A stretch of DNA of 64,000 nt, from positions 4,493-68,492 of the forward strand of contig CAWFZJ010000016.1 in the NCBI GenBank assembly GCA_963820205.1. Reading direction: 5' to 3'. Shown here one piece after another: positions 48,636 through 59,560 of the stretch. The position numbers were made by a program, and so were the translations under genes. The stretch's first letter is position 1. Every line of letters starts with the position of its first letter. A model generated the notes under the pieces. It saw only the letters and a program-made list of their open reading frames with translations, was not told where the DNA came from and did no database searches. Source of the stretch: an uncultured Verrucomicrobiae bacterium (GTDB lineage Bacteria; Verrucomicrobiota; Verrucomicrobiia; Limisphaerales; UBA11358).

Positions 48636-49445
48636 TTGGCCATGTCCGGTGTCCAAATGAACATGCAAGTGCCAGAACGCGCGGAGCCGGATGCACCGCA
48701 CCCCGGGTCGAGAGCCTTCACTTTGATCGAGTTGCTTGTGGTCATCGCCATCATTGCCATTCTGGTGGCGTTGCTGCTGCCGGCGCTGTCAGGAGCCAGG
48801 GAGAAGGCTCGAAGCGCCGCGTGCAAGAATCTCCTGAGACAAATCGGCCTCGGACTGCAAATGTATGTTCAGGACAATGGCTGTTATCCGCCAATGGCGG
48901 AGCGGCGCACCAGTACATTGTGCTTTGACCGATTATACCCTTATTATCCAGTAAGCTGGACCAATGCGTCATGGAACTGTCCAACCTACATCGCCAACAA
49001 TGGAATCGTTTCCCGGGACCGAGTCATGACTAATTCTGCGGGCATCAGCTACTCGTATAATTGGATGGGTATTGCCACCGGCTGGTCAGGCTGCCCCAAA
49101 TCCATTTACCAATTACATCTGGGTTTGGGTCACCTGCCGAAGAACAGCAAGAAAGAATCGGGCGTTGGAGCGCCCAGCGAGATGTATGCGGTTGCGGATG
49201 CTCGATCCAGGGCTGCTGGGCCGGGAATTGCCGGGCAGATCAAGATAACGCCCTGGTCTTTGGCGGGTGAAGTAGCTCCGCCGCATGGGCAGGGTTACAA
49301 CATCCTATTCTGCGACGGGCACGTAGTTTTGGTGAAGCGCAGTGACTATTTGTATCCGCCGCGAACCGCATCCAACTGGAATTGTGACAATCAACCACAC
49401 CCGGAGGCGTGGGCACCCGTGAATTTGTGGGCGGTGCAAAATTAG
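48636..49445 (+). CDS. prepilin-type N-terminal domain / DUF1559-like protein
   Basis: It reads [42 protein letters not shown] and ends ..[14 protein letters not shown]. An ATG is also present at 48642. Confidence 0.8.
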   Translation: MAMSGVQMNMQVPERAEPDAPHPGSRAFTLIELLVVIAIIAILVALLLPALSGAREKARSAACKNLLRQIGLGLQMYVQDNGCYPPMAERRTSTLCFDRLYPYYPVSWTNASWNCPTYIANNGIVSRDRVMTNSAGISYSYNWMGIATGWSGCPKSIYQLHLGLGHLPKNSKKESGVGAPSEMYAVADARSRAAGPGIAGQIKITPWSLAGEVAPPHGQGYNILFCDGHVVLVKRSDYLYPPRTASNWNCDNQPHPEAWAPVNLWAVQN

Positions 49446-49483
49446 TATGCGGTTGAAGGACCACGCAGCAGGGCGCGTGAGCA

Positions 49484-50332
49484 TTGGCCATGTCCGTTGT
49501 CCAATTGAACATGCAAGTACCAGGACGCACGGAGCAGGATGCCCGGCAACCCGGATCGGGAGCCTTCACTTTGATCGAGTTGCTCGTGGTGATCGCCATC
49601 ATTGCGATTCTGTCGGGATTGTTGCTGCCGGTGTTGAGCCGCGCCAAGGACCGGGCGCGCGATGCCAATTGCATCTCCAATCTCAAGCAGTGGGGCGTCA
49701 CCTGGCGACTTTATAGCGACGAAAATAATGACTCGTTCATGTCCGGCACCGCCGCCAATTGGGCACGGGGCGTCTGGGTGCTCGCATTCACCAACGGTTA
49801 TTCGCAAAAACCTCCGCTACTCTGTCCCAAGGCGATTGACCGGCGCGGGCCAGGCGACCAGGAAGTTCACACCACACCGGACAACCCGAACGCGTTGGAT
49901 TATGGCGGTCCCACGACTGCGTATGATTTTCCCATCCCCGACCCGGCTAATCCCACGCTGCCATTGACCGCCAGTTATGGTCTCAATTGCTGGGTTTACA
50001 ATCCCGATACCAACAACATTCAGGGGCGTGATGCCAGTTTGCACTGGAGAAAATATGGCGCCGTGACCCAACCCTCGGTCACGCCGATGTTTCTGGACTC
50101 ACAGTGGCGCGGCGGCGGCCCGTATGCCACCGATCCGCCACCTGCTTTCAACGGGCAATGGCAATGGGTCGAGATGGCTTTCTTTGCCATCGCGCGGCAC
50201 GGCAAGGGCGTGAACATCGTTTATTTCGACGGTTCCGTGAACAATGTGCGGGCGAAGGATTTGTGGGGTTTACCGTGGCACAAAAACTACAACGCCGCGC
50301 CGAATCTTGTATTTCCAGACTGGATGAACTGA
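49484..50332 (+). CDS. prepilin-type N-terminal domain / DUF1559-like protein (tandem paralogue)
   Basis: It reads [42 protein letters not shown] and ends ..[14 protein letters not shown]. Its 5' end and about 35 nt upstream are near-identical to the preceding gene. Confidence 0.8.
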   Translation: MAMSVVQLNMQVPGRTEQDARQPGSGAFTLIELLVVIAIIAILSGLLLPVLSRAKDRARDANCISNLKQWGVTWRLYSDENNDSFMSGTAANWARGVWVLAFTNGYSQKPPLLCPKAIDRRGPGDQEVHTTPDNPNALDYGGPTTAYDFPIPDPANPTLPLTASYGLNCWVYNPDTNNIQGRDASLHWRKYGAVTQPSVTPMFLDSQWRGGGPYATDPPPAFNGQWQWVEMAFFAIARHGKGVNIVYFDGSVNNVRAKDLWGLPWHKNYNAAPNLVFPDWMN

Positions 50333-50366
50333 CCCACTACATTTTGCGCTGAAGATTAACTGCAAA

Positions 50367-51113
50367 ATGACGGGCGTTCGGCTGCGATGTCAAAGTTCCG
50401 TGAATGTTGAAAAATACCGCGCTGCCGCCCGCCGCTGGTGGCGACAGGAAATCCGCCCGCTTTTAATCCTCGCGCTGGTCCTGTTTTCCATCCGGTCGTC
50501 TTTGGCGGATTGGAACGATGTGCCCACCGGCTCAATGAAGCCGACGATTCTCGAAGGCGACCGCGTTTTCGTGAACAAGCTGGCCTACGACCTCAAGGTG
50601 CCGTTCACCACCTGGCACATTGCCCAGTGGAGCAATCCGCAGCGCGGTGATATCGTCGTTTTCTTTTCACCGAAGGATGGCACACGGCTGGTCAAACGCG
50701 TCATCGGCCTGCCCGGCGACACCGTTGAGTTGCAAAATGAACGGCTGGTCATCAACGGCCAGCCCATGGAATACGCGTCACCGGATCCGGAGATGGCGAT
50801 GCAACTTTCCGAGGTTGAACGCGAGCGCGGCATTTTCGCGACGGAAAAACTTCCGGCTTGTCCGCACGCCGTAATGGCCATCAACGGAGTTCCGGCGATG
50901 CGCACCTTCGGGCCGGCGCCGGTTCCGGACGGCCACTATTTCATGATGGGTGACAATCGCGATAACAGCTATGATTCACGTTACTTCGGCACTGTGGCGC
51001 GTGGTCAAATTGTGGGCCGCGCCACGAGCGTGGTTCTTTCCCTCGACAAAAAGAATCACTGGCTGCCGCGCTGGAGTCGCACCTGTTCTTCACTGGAGAG
51101 CAAGGCCAAATAG
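50367..51113 (+). CDS. lepB: signal peptidase I
   Basis: It reads VPTGSMKPTILEGDRVFVNK ... GDIVVF ... LVKRVIGLPGD ... YFMMGDNRDNSYDSRYFG. Confidence 0.9.
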   Translation: MTGVRLRCQSSVNVEKYRAAARRWWRQEIRPLLILALVLFSIRSSLADWNDVPTGSMKPTILEGDRVFVNKLAYDLKVPFTTWHIAQWSNPQRGDIVVFFSPKDGTRLVKRVIGLPGDTVELQNERLVINGQPMEYASPDPEMAMQLSEVERERGIFATEKLPACPHAVMAINGVPAMRTFGPAPVPDGHYFMMGDNRDNSYDSRYFGTVARGQIVGRATSVVLSLDKKNHWLPRWSRTCSSLESKAK

Positions 51114-52212
51114 AAATACCTGCATCATACCGCTTTGAGCATGTAATTGCACTATTCTCGGTTGCGGTAACGTTTGCTTGTTCGACGAGCCAGGGATGAG
51201 AAACCAGCCTCCGCACACATTCTGGATTTTCACACAGCGGACGCAGTTCCTCGCCGATGGATTGCTCTAGGTCGGCAATCGTATCCCACAGCACATTGCC
51301 GATCCGATCTTTCACCACGTCGCCGATGGCTTCCGTCGGATTGAGTTCCGGACTATAGGGCGGCAACGACACCAAATGCACATGCTCCGGCACAACGTGC
51401 AGTTCTGGCTTGGGGTGAAACCCGGCTTGATCCCAGATGACCACATGTTCGGCTTCCGGGTCGCTCGTTGCCAGATGCTTCAAAAACAGGTCGCTCATCT
51501 CCAGGCTCACTTCCGGCAGGCACAAAAACTCCGCCGCATTTTGACCGTCTACTTCCAGCGCCGAGTAGAGGTAGCCCCATTCATATTTGGTTCGATACGG
51601 CACGGTCGGACGCACGCCTCGCAGCGTCCAGCACTTGCGCACTACCGGAATCAAACCGTAACGGTGTTCATCGGCCACCCACAGGCGTACCGGTCTTCCA
51701 CCAGCCACGTTCAAGTTCGCCAACTGTTCGCCAAGCGTTTGTTGGAACTGTTCGGCGGCAGCCGCGTCTTTTTGCGCGTGGGTCTTGCGCGGCACTTTCA
51801 AGACCCCGCCCAATTTTCCCAGCCAGTAATACACCCCGGGTAGTTTCAGGCGAATCGCATGCCGCTCGCGCAACCAGTGCTGAATCTCCTTGGCCCGCTT
51901 CCACCGGCCCGATTGCAACCCGGCCAGCAGTTCCTGGCGGGCATCGCCTTTGATTTGCGGCGCGGCCCCGCCACCGTGCTGTCGCTCCAGCAGTCCGGCC
52001 AAACCACCGGCCTTGAGCGCGTTCATCCAGTCGAAAAATCGACGACGACTGATGTCCAACTGCTCGGCAATCTGCGCCGCAGTCATCTGTCCGCTGGCGG
52101 CCAGTCGCGCGGCGAGCAGGCGCTGCTGGCTTTTCACATCCGTGCAAATCCGCAACTCATCAGCGACAGCCTGCGCCAAATCAGGCCGGTTCAAATGGTA
52201 TCGCTTCGGCAT
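50941..52212 (-). CDS. IS630-family DDE transposase (ORF runs past the IS end)
   Basis: It has an N-terminal HTH and then WVADEHRYGL..VIWDQAGFH..LPPYSPELNPTE. There is no stop codon inside the element, so the frame continues 187 nt into the 3' end of lepB on the opposite strand. Confidence 0.8.
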   Translation of the reverse strand: MPKRYHLNRPDLAQAVADELRICTDVKSQQRLLAARLAASGQMTAAQIAEQLDISRRRFFDWMNALKAGGLAGLLERQHGGGAAPQIKGDARQELLAGLQSGRWKRAKEIQHWLRERHAIRLKLPGVYYWLGKLGGVLKVPRKTHAQKDAAAAEQFQQTLGEQLANLNVAGGRPVRLWVADEHRYGLIPVVRKCWTLRGVRPTVPYRTKYEWGYLYSALEVDGQNAAEFLCLPEVSLEMSDLFLKHLATSDPEAEHVVIWDQAGFHPKPELHVVPEHVHLVSLPPYSPELNPTEAIGDVVKDRIGNVLWDTIADLEQSIGEELRPLCENPECVRRLVSHPWLVEQANVTATENSAITCSKRYDAGISIWPCSPVKNRCDSSAAASDSFCRGKEPRSWRGPQFDHAPQCRSNVNHSCYRDCHPS

Positions 52213-52265
52213 CCCCCTCTTTGCCTGCCTCCCCAGAATAGTGCAATCTCAAACTGAAATTGGTA
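51128..52265. mobile_element. IS630-family insertion sequence flanked by TA
   Basis: The imperfect terminal inverted repeats share ataCC..tttgag..attgcactattct at both ends (51128-51157 and 52233-52265). A TA dinucleotide lies at both borders. One DDE transposase gene lies inside. Confidence 0.65.
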
Positions 52266-52440
52266 TCACCTGCCACGTGACGAAGCTTTACGCGGCTAAG
52301 CGCAGCGAAAGCGGATTCCTTCGTTTCAACCTCTAAGTGAAAGGGTCTTGGAAATATCTTCCCGGCCCGGTTTGAAGGACTCGTTGAGAGATGATCCGCC
52401 TTCGTCACTACGGCGGGACGAAGGGTCAAGGGCGGAAAAA

Positions 52441-52475
52441 ACATCCAACCTTCAACATTCAACACCGAACATCGA
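52441..52475. repeat. tandem heptamers (CANYNAA x5)
   Basis: The repeat reads CATCCAA CCTTCAA CATTCAA CACCGAA CATCGAA. It lies just downstream of the desaturase-like gene. Confidence 0.7.
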
Positions 52476-52483
52476 ATTTTGGG

Positions 52484-54037
52484 TTACGCCGTGGTTGCCG
52501 TGAAGACTTTTTTGTCCCGGGCGCAGATCAGTTGTGTGACATAACGGCCTGAGAGCGCGGATGGGGGCAGTCCGCCGCCCGTTTCCACCCACTGGCCGGC
52601 CATGTAGAAATTTTTCAATCCCGGCAGCGTGTACGGAAGGCGGCGACCCAGAATTTGCGGCGTGGGGAGCCAGCCCTGATAGCTCCCCTGCCAGTTGCCG
52701 GTCCAGTGTTCGTAAGTGGCCGGTGTCGCCAGGTCGGTCTGATCAACGTGCCGCGCCAACCCCGGAAATCTTTGATCCAGAACGCCCACCATCTCGTCAA
52801 TCAGTTCTTTTTTTGCCTTCCGATAATCGGCGGGACGCTCGTTCTTGAGTTTGGTCCAATATTCGTAGTTGCTGGAAAACCTTGCGATCATGACGGTCCG
52901 GCCCGCCGGGCAGTAGCCGTAGTCGGGCCCAAACACCGTCACTTCAAACCGGTCCTGCCGCCTGATGTCACCGGCCTTGAGCGGTTGCGGGAACGGCAGG
53001 CTCACGGCGTGGGGCGCATCGGGGAAAATCTGGTTGATGCCCAAAGACACCTGGATCAGCGGTTGGAAAATGTTCCACTGGCGGTAGGCTTCAAGAATTC
53101 GTTTGTTGACATAACGGCCGCCGAGCATTTCGAAAATCGTCGCGTGACCGTCGGCGCAGGAAACCACCGTGGCCGCCGGAACCACCGTTCCGTCGGCGCA
53201 TCGCACACCCGTGGCCCGCCCGTTCTCAACCGTCACCGCCGTCGCCCGGGTGTTCAATCGCAGGACGCCGCCGAGACGGGCGTAACAGCCGGCCATAGCC
53301 GTCGAAATGCCGCGCGAGCCGCCGGCCACGTAGCCGGCGTTTTTTCCAGACCGCAGGGCCAGCACCATCACCAGCACCAGCGCCGACAGGCATCCATCGC
53401 CGGTGGCGGTCAGCAGCGCTTCGCGGAGGAACGGGCTCCGGTAGCCCGCGAGATAGTCGGCCAGCTTCAGATTTTTCCAGCCAAAGACGACCGGCAGCAT
53501 GGGGAAATAGTGGAAGAGGAGCTTCAGTTTTGCCGGACCCGACATGAGTTCCAGCGGATTCTCCAGTGGCGGATCGATCTGTGTGCAACGGCGCACCGCG
53601 CGGAAAAGTTTGTCTATGCGGCCGGCATCCTCCGGCGAGATTTTTTTGCAGTTCTCCGCGAGCCGGTCCAGGTCCGTTGACAGGGAGAGGATCTGGCCGT
53701 CCCGGCCTTCGACGCGCAAAAATTCGTCGTAATGGATGATCTCCCGGCCGTCGAACACACCCAACTCATTCCATATCTGGTGAAACGTCGAGGAGGGATG
53801 GGTGCCGACCAGCCAGCTCAGGCAGCCGTCGAAGACATACGGTCCGCGGTCCCAAGCCGTGCACAACCCGCCGGGGTCGGGGTTCATTTCCAGAATCTCC
53901 GTCCGGTAACCGTTCATCTGCAGATAGCAACCGCAGGCCAGACCGGCAACACCGCCCCCGATGATGACAATTTTTTCGTCGGCGGTTCCGGGCGCCGCCG
54001 CAGCCGAAGAATGACTGTCTCCGCCCGGAGCGCTCAT
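52484..54037 (-). CDS. phytoene desaturase (CrtI)-family FAD/NAD(P)-dependent oxidoreductase
   Basis: It starts at an ATG overlapping the upstream stop (ATGA). The dinucleotide fold is KIVIIGGGVAGLACGCYL..GYRTEILEMNPDPGGL. The length and C-terminal pattern are typical of CrtI-like enzymes. Confidence 0.8.
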   Translation of the reverse strand: MSAPGGDSHSSAAAAPGTADEKIVIIGGGVAGLACGCYLQMNGYRTEILEMNPDPGGLCTAWDRGPYVFDGCLSWLVGTHPSSTFHQIWNELGVFDGREIIHYDEFLRVEGRDGQILSLSTDLDRLAENCKKISPEDAGRIDKLFRAVRRCTQIDPPLENPLELMSGPAKLKLLFHYFPMLPVVFGWKNLKLADYLAGYRSPFLREALLTATGDGCLSALVLVMVLALRSGKNAGYVAGGSRGISTAMAGCYARLGGVLRLNTRATAVTVENGRATGVRCADGTVVPAATVVSCADGHATIFEMLGGRYVNKRILEAYRQWNIFQPLIQVSLGINQIFPDAPHAVSLPFPQPLKAGDIRRQDRFEVTVFGPDYGYCPAGRTVMIARFSSNYEYWTKLKNERPADYRKAKKELIDEMVGVLDQRFPGLARHVDQTDLATPATYEHWTGNWQGSYQGWLPTPQILGRRLPYTLPGLKNFYMAGQWVETGGGLPPSALSGRYVTQLICARDKKVFTATTA

Positions 54038-55471
54038 CCGTGACGCACCTTTCCACTGGAGGTCAAGGGAATGTCGGCGACCAAATCTATCGAGGATGGC
54101 ACCTTCTGGCTCGAGAGCCGGCGGCGGCAAAATGCAATGATGTCCTCGGTGGTGGCCGTGGCATTGCCGTCGCGCAATTGCACTTCGGCGTGGATGGATT
54201 CGCCCAGTTGCGGGTGTGGCCGGGTGGTCACGCGCGAACGCAGCACCGCCGGGTGCTGGTCCAAAACGGCGGCGACCTCCTCCGGAAACACCTTGTGGCC
54301 GGCCACGTCAATCACGGTCTTCAGCCGTCCATCAATAACAATTCGCCCGGCGTCGTCGCGATGCGCCAGGTCGCCGGTCAGAAACCAGCCGTTGCACAAA
54401 ACTTCTTCGCGCCGTTTTTTGGGATTCAAATAGCCGGCAAACATTCCCGGCCCGCGCAAGCCAAGCTGTCCGGTCTGTCCGGTCGCGAGAGGTTTCATCT
54501 GGTCGTCCAGGATGACCGCATCATAACCCGGCAGCGGACGGCCCACCGCCTCGGGATGTTCCGCGGCGTCCGCCAGATTCATGAGCGGCACGCCCACCTC
54601 GATGATGCCGTAGCCCTGCGACACCGGCACGTGAAACCGCGCCTGGAAATCCCGCGCGATCTGGGGATGCAGCCGGCTGGAGACGGACATGATGCGCCGG
54701 AGCGACGGCGGCAGGGCGCGGCCGGAGCTTTCGGCTTTCAACATGCGCACGTGCATGGGGGTCACGTAAAGAAACGTGGCTTCGTGGATCTGGGCCGCGT
54801 CCAAAATGCTGCCGGCCAGGTAATCGGGGCTGACCACGATGGTGGCCCCGACTTCGAGATACAGGAGGATGGAGGCAAAAAAGTGATACGACATCGGCAG
54901 GACCCAGAGCACTTTGTCGCGGGTGGTGAGAGCCAATCCCTGATTGGCGCCATGCGTCCGCTCCAGCACACTCTGATGCGTCAATATCACACCCTTGGAC
55001 GCGCCGGTCGTGCCGGAAGTGAACCGCAGGAAGGCGGCGCCTTCGACCCAGGGCGCCAGCGGTGCCGGCGGCATGGCCAGCCGCGTTAACCGCATGGATG
55101 TGCCGTCCTGACAATTTCAGATCGCAGCCCTCGCCGGCCGGCGGGGTGGCGCTGCCGTCATCGAGAATCGCGCACAACGGCGCGCGCGCCAGCATCTCCG
55201 ACATTTCGTCCGGTTTGAGCAGGTGATGAATGGGCATGACGACCGCGCCGCTGCCCAGGGCGGCCAGGCAGCCGATGACGAGCGCGCGTCCGTTGCGACC
55301 GCGCACGCCCACGCCCTGGCCGCCGCCCACGCCCAACCGTTCAAGCTGGACGCGGAGGGCTTCAATTTCGCGCCAGAGCGTCTGGTAATCCAGCGGACCG
55401 GCGGCATCAATGATCGCCGTCTGGCTGGGCCATTGGCGCGCGGCTTGGGAAAGGGTTTCGTAAACGTTCAT
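54034..55471 (-). CDS. AMP-dependent synthetase/ligase (acyl-CoA or acyl-ACP ligase), frame interrupted near 55100-55115
   Basis: The N-terminal 120 aa are in ORF 54521..55471. The A3 core LRFTSGTTGASKGV, then GYGIIE, WFLTGDL and a terminal ..SSGKV are in ORF 54034..55095. Confidence 0.8.
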
Positions 55472-55520
55472 GCTTTTTAATCCTAATCTTAATCTTTCTC
55501 GTAATCTTGTTCTACGCCGT

Positions 55521-56801
55521 TCATTGATTCATTTGTTGTCGAATGGTCTCCACCGCCTCGTCGAGCGGACGGCCCAAGGCTTGGAAGGCGGCAACGGTTC
55601 CCGCCGCCCAGCCGGTGGCCAGCACCGTGCCGATGACCCGGGCCGAAGTCATTGCCCCGGCTTCCGCCGAAAGGCAGCGGCCCGCTGCCAGCACGTTATC
55701 CAATCCCGCCGGACGCAGACAGTCCAGGGGAATTTCATAGTAATCGCTCTCGCTGAAAAAAGTCATTTCCGGCCGCGAGCCGTTTCCCCAGCGCTCCATC
55801 GGCCAGGCGCCGCGGGCAATTCCGGCGGGAAACTTGCGGGCGGCCAGTACATCTTCATCGTCCAGCCGTGCGCGTCCCCGAATGCGGCGGCCGGAACGGA
55901 TGCCGATTTGTGGGGCGATGGAGGCAAGGCGCGCGTTCCGGCACGAGGCAATGTTCTTCACCATGAACCGCTGGAGTTGATCCACCAACATGCGGGCCTC
56001 GCGTTCCCAGTCGGTGACCTGCTGCCAGAGCGGGCGGTTTGATTCCGCGACGGCCAGATTGAGTTTGAGGGCCAGATGGCCATTGCGGTCCATTTCTGGA
56101 ACCAGCGCCAGCCGCTCGCAGGCAGCCGGCAAATTTCCCGACTCGACAGCCCGGCGCAATTCGCGGCGAACTTCGAGCAGGCCGCGTTCCACCAGACCGG
56201 GATCAATGTTCTCCATCACAAATACCAGGGACGGCGCCTGGTCGGCGATGCCGCTTTCCACACCAGCGCCCGCGAGGGCGGCGACCGTCGCCTCGCCGCT
56301 GCAATCCACGACGGCGCGGGGGCGTACGACGAGCGCCTGGTTCCACGCCAGGGCGCGGACCTGGAGCAGGCCGGATCCTTCGGCCTGCGCCTCGGCGACC
56401 GTGGCGTGCAACGCCACGGTGACGTTTCCGGACTCGCTGATCACCGCATCGGCCACGCGGGCAAAGGCCGGTATGGGAAACGGCAGTACCCAGAGGCCGG
56501 CCTCCAGCCGCATTGGCCGGCAACCGGCAGCGCGTTGCAGCCGCGAGGCGTATTCCCGCACAAATCCGCCGGCGACCGGCAAGGCTTCCGGGTTCGTCGT
56601 GTCCCGCAGATACAATCCGCAGATGGTTCCCACTTGGGCGGCCGTGGCCAGCCCGCCAAGAAAACCGTATCGCTCCAGCAACAACACCTGCGCGCCGGCC
56701 CGGCCGGCTGCCGCGGCCGCCGCCACGCCCGCCGCGCCGCCGCCGACGACCAGCACATCGCAGGAAACGGCGTCCGGGCCGGTTGGAAGAGAATTAGTCA
56801 T
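55521..56801 (-). CDS. FAD-dependent oxidoreductase
   Basis: It starts at an internal ATG (MTNSLPT). The fold motif is CDVLVVGGGAAGVAAAAAAGRAGAQVLLLERYGFLGG. Confidence 0.75.
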   Translation of the reverse strand: MTNSLPTGPDAVSCDVLVVGGGAAGVAAAAAAGRAGAQVLLLERYGFLGGLATAAQVGTICGLYLRDTTNPEALPVAGGFVREYASRLQRAAGCRPMRLEAGLWVLPFPIPAFARVADAVISESGNVTVALHATVAEAQAEGSGLLQVRALAWNQALVVRPRAVVDCSGEATVAALAGAGVESGIADQAPSLVFVMENIDPGLVERGLLEVRRELRRAVESGNLPAACERLALVPEMDRNGHLALKLNLAVAESNRPLWQQVTDWEREARMLVDQLQRFMVKNIASCRNARLASIAPQIGIRSGRRIRGRARLDDEDVLAARKFPAGIARGAWPMERWGNGSRPEMTFFSESDYYEIPLDCLRPAGLDNVLAAGRCLSAEAGAMTSARVIGTVLATGWAAGTVAAFQALGRPLDEAVETIRQQMNQ

Positions 56802-56808
56802 TTGACTG

Positions 56809-58209
56809 TCATCTTGCGTACTGGCCGTAGTACCGGATGTACTTCCACTGCGGCCGCACATTCAACATCATTGTGATCTTCTGCCCCAAGCGAACCGAGA
56901 ATTTGCGCCAATCCGCCGGTGAAGTCCATTCCGCGCGCCGCCGCGCAATGCGGTCAAGGTTTTCAATGGTGCGGTCGGCCAGCCCGGGTGAGAGATAATA
57001 AGCCGGGTTGAAGAGGTCAAAATCGGGCTTCACCTGCCCTTCCCGCACGGCAATTTCGGCCAGCGGCGTGCCTTCATAAACGCGGATGCCAAAGGTGGCA
57101 AAAACGGCATGGGCCAGCGCGCACCCGTTCAAAAAATTCTGCGTGTCCTCGACGTCCGCCCACGTTTCGCCCGGACCGCCAAACAGCAGGTAAATCACGA
57201 ACGGCAGACCGGCATCGCGCGCGGCCTGTAGAGCAATCCGGGTTTCTTCCTGTCCAAACGGCTTGCGCAATACCTCCAGCATCTTGGCCGAGGCCACATC
57301 CTGTCCGAACTCCACCCCGTCGCAACCGGCCTGTTTCATCGCGTGCGCCAGTTCCGCATCGAAACCCGTGGGATTGCAAAAGGCCGACCAGCGGACCGGC
57401 AGACGGCGGCGGCCCAGCTCACGGCAGACGGCCAGGGCATGCTCGCGCGGGTCGTTAAAGACACTGTCCACGAAAAAGAAATGGCGCACCTTTGATCGGA
57501 CGGCCACGTCTTCAATTTCCCGGACCACCGCTTCCGGCGAACGCAGGCGATAGCGCCGCCCTTCCAGTTGGGGGTAGATGCAATAGATGCACTGGAACGG
57601 ACATCCGCGCTTGGTTTGCACGCCAACAAACCCGCCCCGCCGCTCATACGCCACATAATTGCACAGGTCGTGGGCTGGCGGCGACAGCTCGCCCAACCGC
57701 TCAACCGCACGGGCGGTCAGAACAGTGATGGGCACATCACTTTTGGGCGCGGTAATGACGCCGGCAATTCCCTCGAGAGAGCGTCCGGCCTCCAAACGTG
57801 CGAGCACCTCCGGGAAGGCGCGTTCGCCTTCGCCGATCACGCCGCACTCAGCCTTGAGGCGGCTCATCCAGCCGTGGGGCGAGACCGAAAAGCCGCTGCC
57901 GCCCAGGATCAACGGTCCCTTGAAATGGCTACGCACCGTTTCGGCCAGTTCGCGCACCTCGTCAAAATACAGTTTCGGCGCAAACGCCCAGCAGTTGTCG
58001 AGATTGCGGATGCCAAACGCCACGGCGTGGTATCCGTTCTTTTCCAGCGCCTGGCGGAGCGCTTTTTGCGGCGATGAGGCCAGGCCCAGATCCAAAAAAT
58101 CCACGGCATGGCTGGCGTCGCGGGCGGCGGCGGCCACGCACAAGGTTCCCAGCGGCGCCACCGGGTAGGGAGAACGTTCCCGGTTTGTGGCCACCAGGAG
58201 CACGTTCAT
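56809..58209 (-). CDS. B12-binding-domain / radical SAM protein
   Basis: The N-terminal flavodoxin-like cobalamin domain (MNVLLVATN..LGTLCVAAA..) is followed by GCPFQCIYCIYP (CxxxCxxC). Confidence 0.85.
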   Translation of the reverse strand: MNVLLVATNRERSPYPVAPLGTLCVAAAARDASHAVDFLDLGLASSPQKALRQALEKNGYHAVAFGIRNLDNCWAFAPKLYFDEVRELAETVRSHFKGPLILGGSGFSVSPHGWMSRLKAECGVIGEGERAFPEVLARLEAGRSLEGIAGVITAPKSDVPITVLTARAVERLGELSPPAHDLCNYVAYERRGGFVGVQTKRGCPFQCIYCIYPQLEGRRYRLRSPEAVVREIEDVAVRSKVRHFFFVDSVFNDPREHALAVCRELGRRRLPVRWSAFCNPTGFDAELAHAMKQAGCDGVEFGQDVASAKMLEVLRKPFGQEETRIALQAARDAGLPFVIYLLFGGPGETWADVEDTQNFLNGCALAHAVFATFGIRVYEGTPLAEIAVREGQVKPDFDLFNPAYYLSPGLADRTIENLDRIARRRAEWTSPADWRKFSVRLGQKITMMLNVRPQWKYIRYYGQYAR

Positions 58210-59540
58210 GACACATCCTCCTCCAGCAGGGCGGAGCGCAGTCCCTGTTCCAGCGTGTCCACCTCGGACGCGTTCAGACAGTCATCCACCCACGACAGCA
58301 GAACGGAGAGCCGTCCGCTGAAATTCCAGAACACCACGGTCAACCCCGGCGGCCACCAGGTCGGAACCAGATGCTCAACCGCCCGAATTCGTCCGCCCAG
58401 CATCTCGGTCATCCCGGCGCAGGTCTCGCCCGAATCCGAAAAGCAGAGGGTGGCGAACTTGCCGCGGGTGGGCTGTCCCAAGTGGCGTATGTAATAATTC
58501 AGCGGCAGCGGCTTGAACATCTCCAGCGCCGCCATGCACGACTCCGGAAACCGGGTGCGGATCTGGTCCATCATCTGGCGGGTTAGTTCGCTGATGATGC
58601 TGGTCAGGCTGCCGGCCTGGCCCGGCTCGATGCGGAAGAACAGGATGGAAAGATGGTTTGAGAAAATGGGGCCTTTGGCGTTGCGCCGGCGGGTGTCATG
58701 CGCCACGGGAATCAAATAGGCGCCGTCCCGGTTGCCGCGCCGGGTGGCGACGGTGTGCAGCGCCCGGAGCGTGCCGGCGAGGAGAAAGTGACTGCGCCGG
58801 AAGCCGGCGTTGAGGTGCTCGCAGCGGGCAGCGATACGCGCTGTTTCCTCCGTGCTGAAGGTCACGATGCGGTAGTGGTTGCGATGCGGGCCGGGCGTGC
58901 GTTTTTCCGGCAACAGCGAGAAAAGCGGTTCGCTTCCGGACTTGCGGAGCCATTCCACCGAGCCGCGCGCCAGCTTCACGTTGCGCCACCATTCGGCCAG
59001 GCTACCGCCAAGCTGCTTGGGATGGACCAGGTCCTCGATGGCCGGCGCGCCGTTTCCCCCGTTGCCATCGTTCAGATGCAGCCAGATTAATTCCGCGCCG
59101 CGCGCATCCATCAGCGCATGGTTCCAGGAAAAAACCAGGTGCCGGGTCCCGTCGGCATGCCGCACCAGGTCGAACGCCAGCCCCGGACCCCGGCTGGCAT
59201 GCAGGTCGCGTCCGAGAACCGCCGCCGGCAGCACCCCGGGTTCGTACCCGTTGCCATCCTGATGATTGTGCTCGAAAAAAATCGGGCCGGACCGCGACGA
59301 TGTGCGCCAGAGCGGGGGAAACACCGGCAACGGACGGCTGAGACGCACACGGGCCAGCCAGTCCAGAACCGGCGAAGTTTCCACACGACGGCGCAGCCGG
59401 TCCACATCCAGACCATCTTCCAAGCGGAGGGCCACGCGGCAGATGTAACCCGGCAGCCCAAGCCGCCGCAGCTTGTGGTCCTGGCCGTGCATGTAATAGT
59501 CACCAGCGGCCAATCGAATCTGGCGGGGCGCGTCAGGCAT
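58206..59540 (-). CDS. condensation-domain-like acyltransferase
   Basis: This 444-aa ORF carries WNHALMDARG at the position of the HHxxxDG motif of condensation / PapA5 / WS-DGAT-type acyltransferases. It has a 4-nt overlap with the downstream gene. Confidence 0.6.
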   Translation of the reverse strand: MPDAPRQIRLAAGDYYMHGQDHKLRRLGLPGYICRVALRLEDGLDVDRLRRRVETSPVLDWLARVRLSRPLPVFPPLWRTSSRSGPIFFEHNHQDGNGYEPGVLPAAVLGRDLHASRGPGLAFDLVRHADGTRHLVFSWNHALMDARGAELIWLHLNDGNGGNGAPAIEDLVHPKQLGGSLAEWWRNVKLARGSVEWLRKSGSEPLFSLLPEKRTPGPHRNHYRIVTFSTEETARIAARCEHLNAGFRRSHFLLAGTLRALHTVATRRGNRDGAYLIPVAHDTRRRNAKGPIFSNHLSILFFRIEPGQAGSLTSIISELTRQMMDQIRTRFPESCMAALEMFKPLPLNYYIRHLGQPTRGKFATLCFSDSGETCAGMTEMLGGRIRAVEHLVPTWWPPGLTVVFWNFSGRLSVLLSWVDDCLNASEVDTLEQGLRSALLEEDVS

Positions 59541-59560
59541 GAGCAGTGTCCACCCCGGGC

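Noticed and set aside
15675-52475. The short tandem repeats (heptamer arrays) considered as possible CRISPR arrays.
   Set aside because: The units are 7 nt with no spacers and only 3-5 copies, arranged as inverted arms. No cas genes are present. These are not CRISPR arrays.
54040-58216. Numerous 100-350-aa ORFs in alternative frames across the rSAM/ACP cluster, for example 54040..55089, 55990..56805 and 57568..58077.
   Set aside because: Each overlaps a gene with clear family motifs on the other strand or in another frame, and all are Arg/Ala/Pro-rich.
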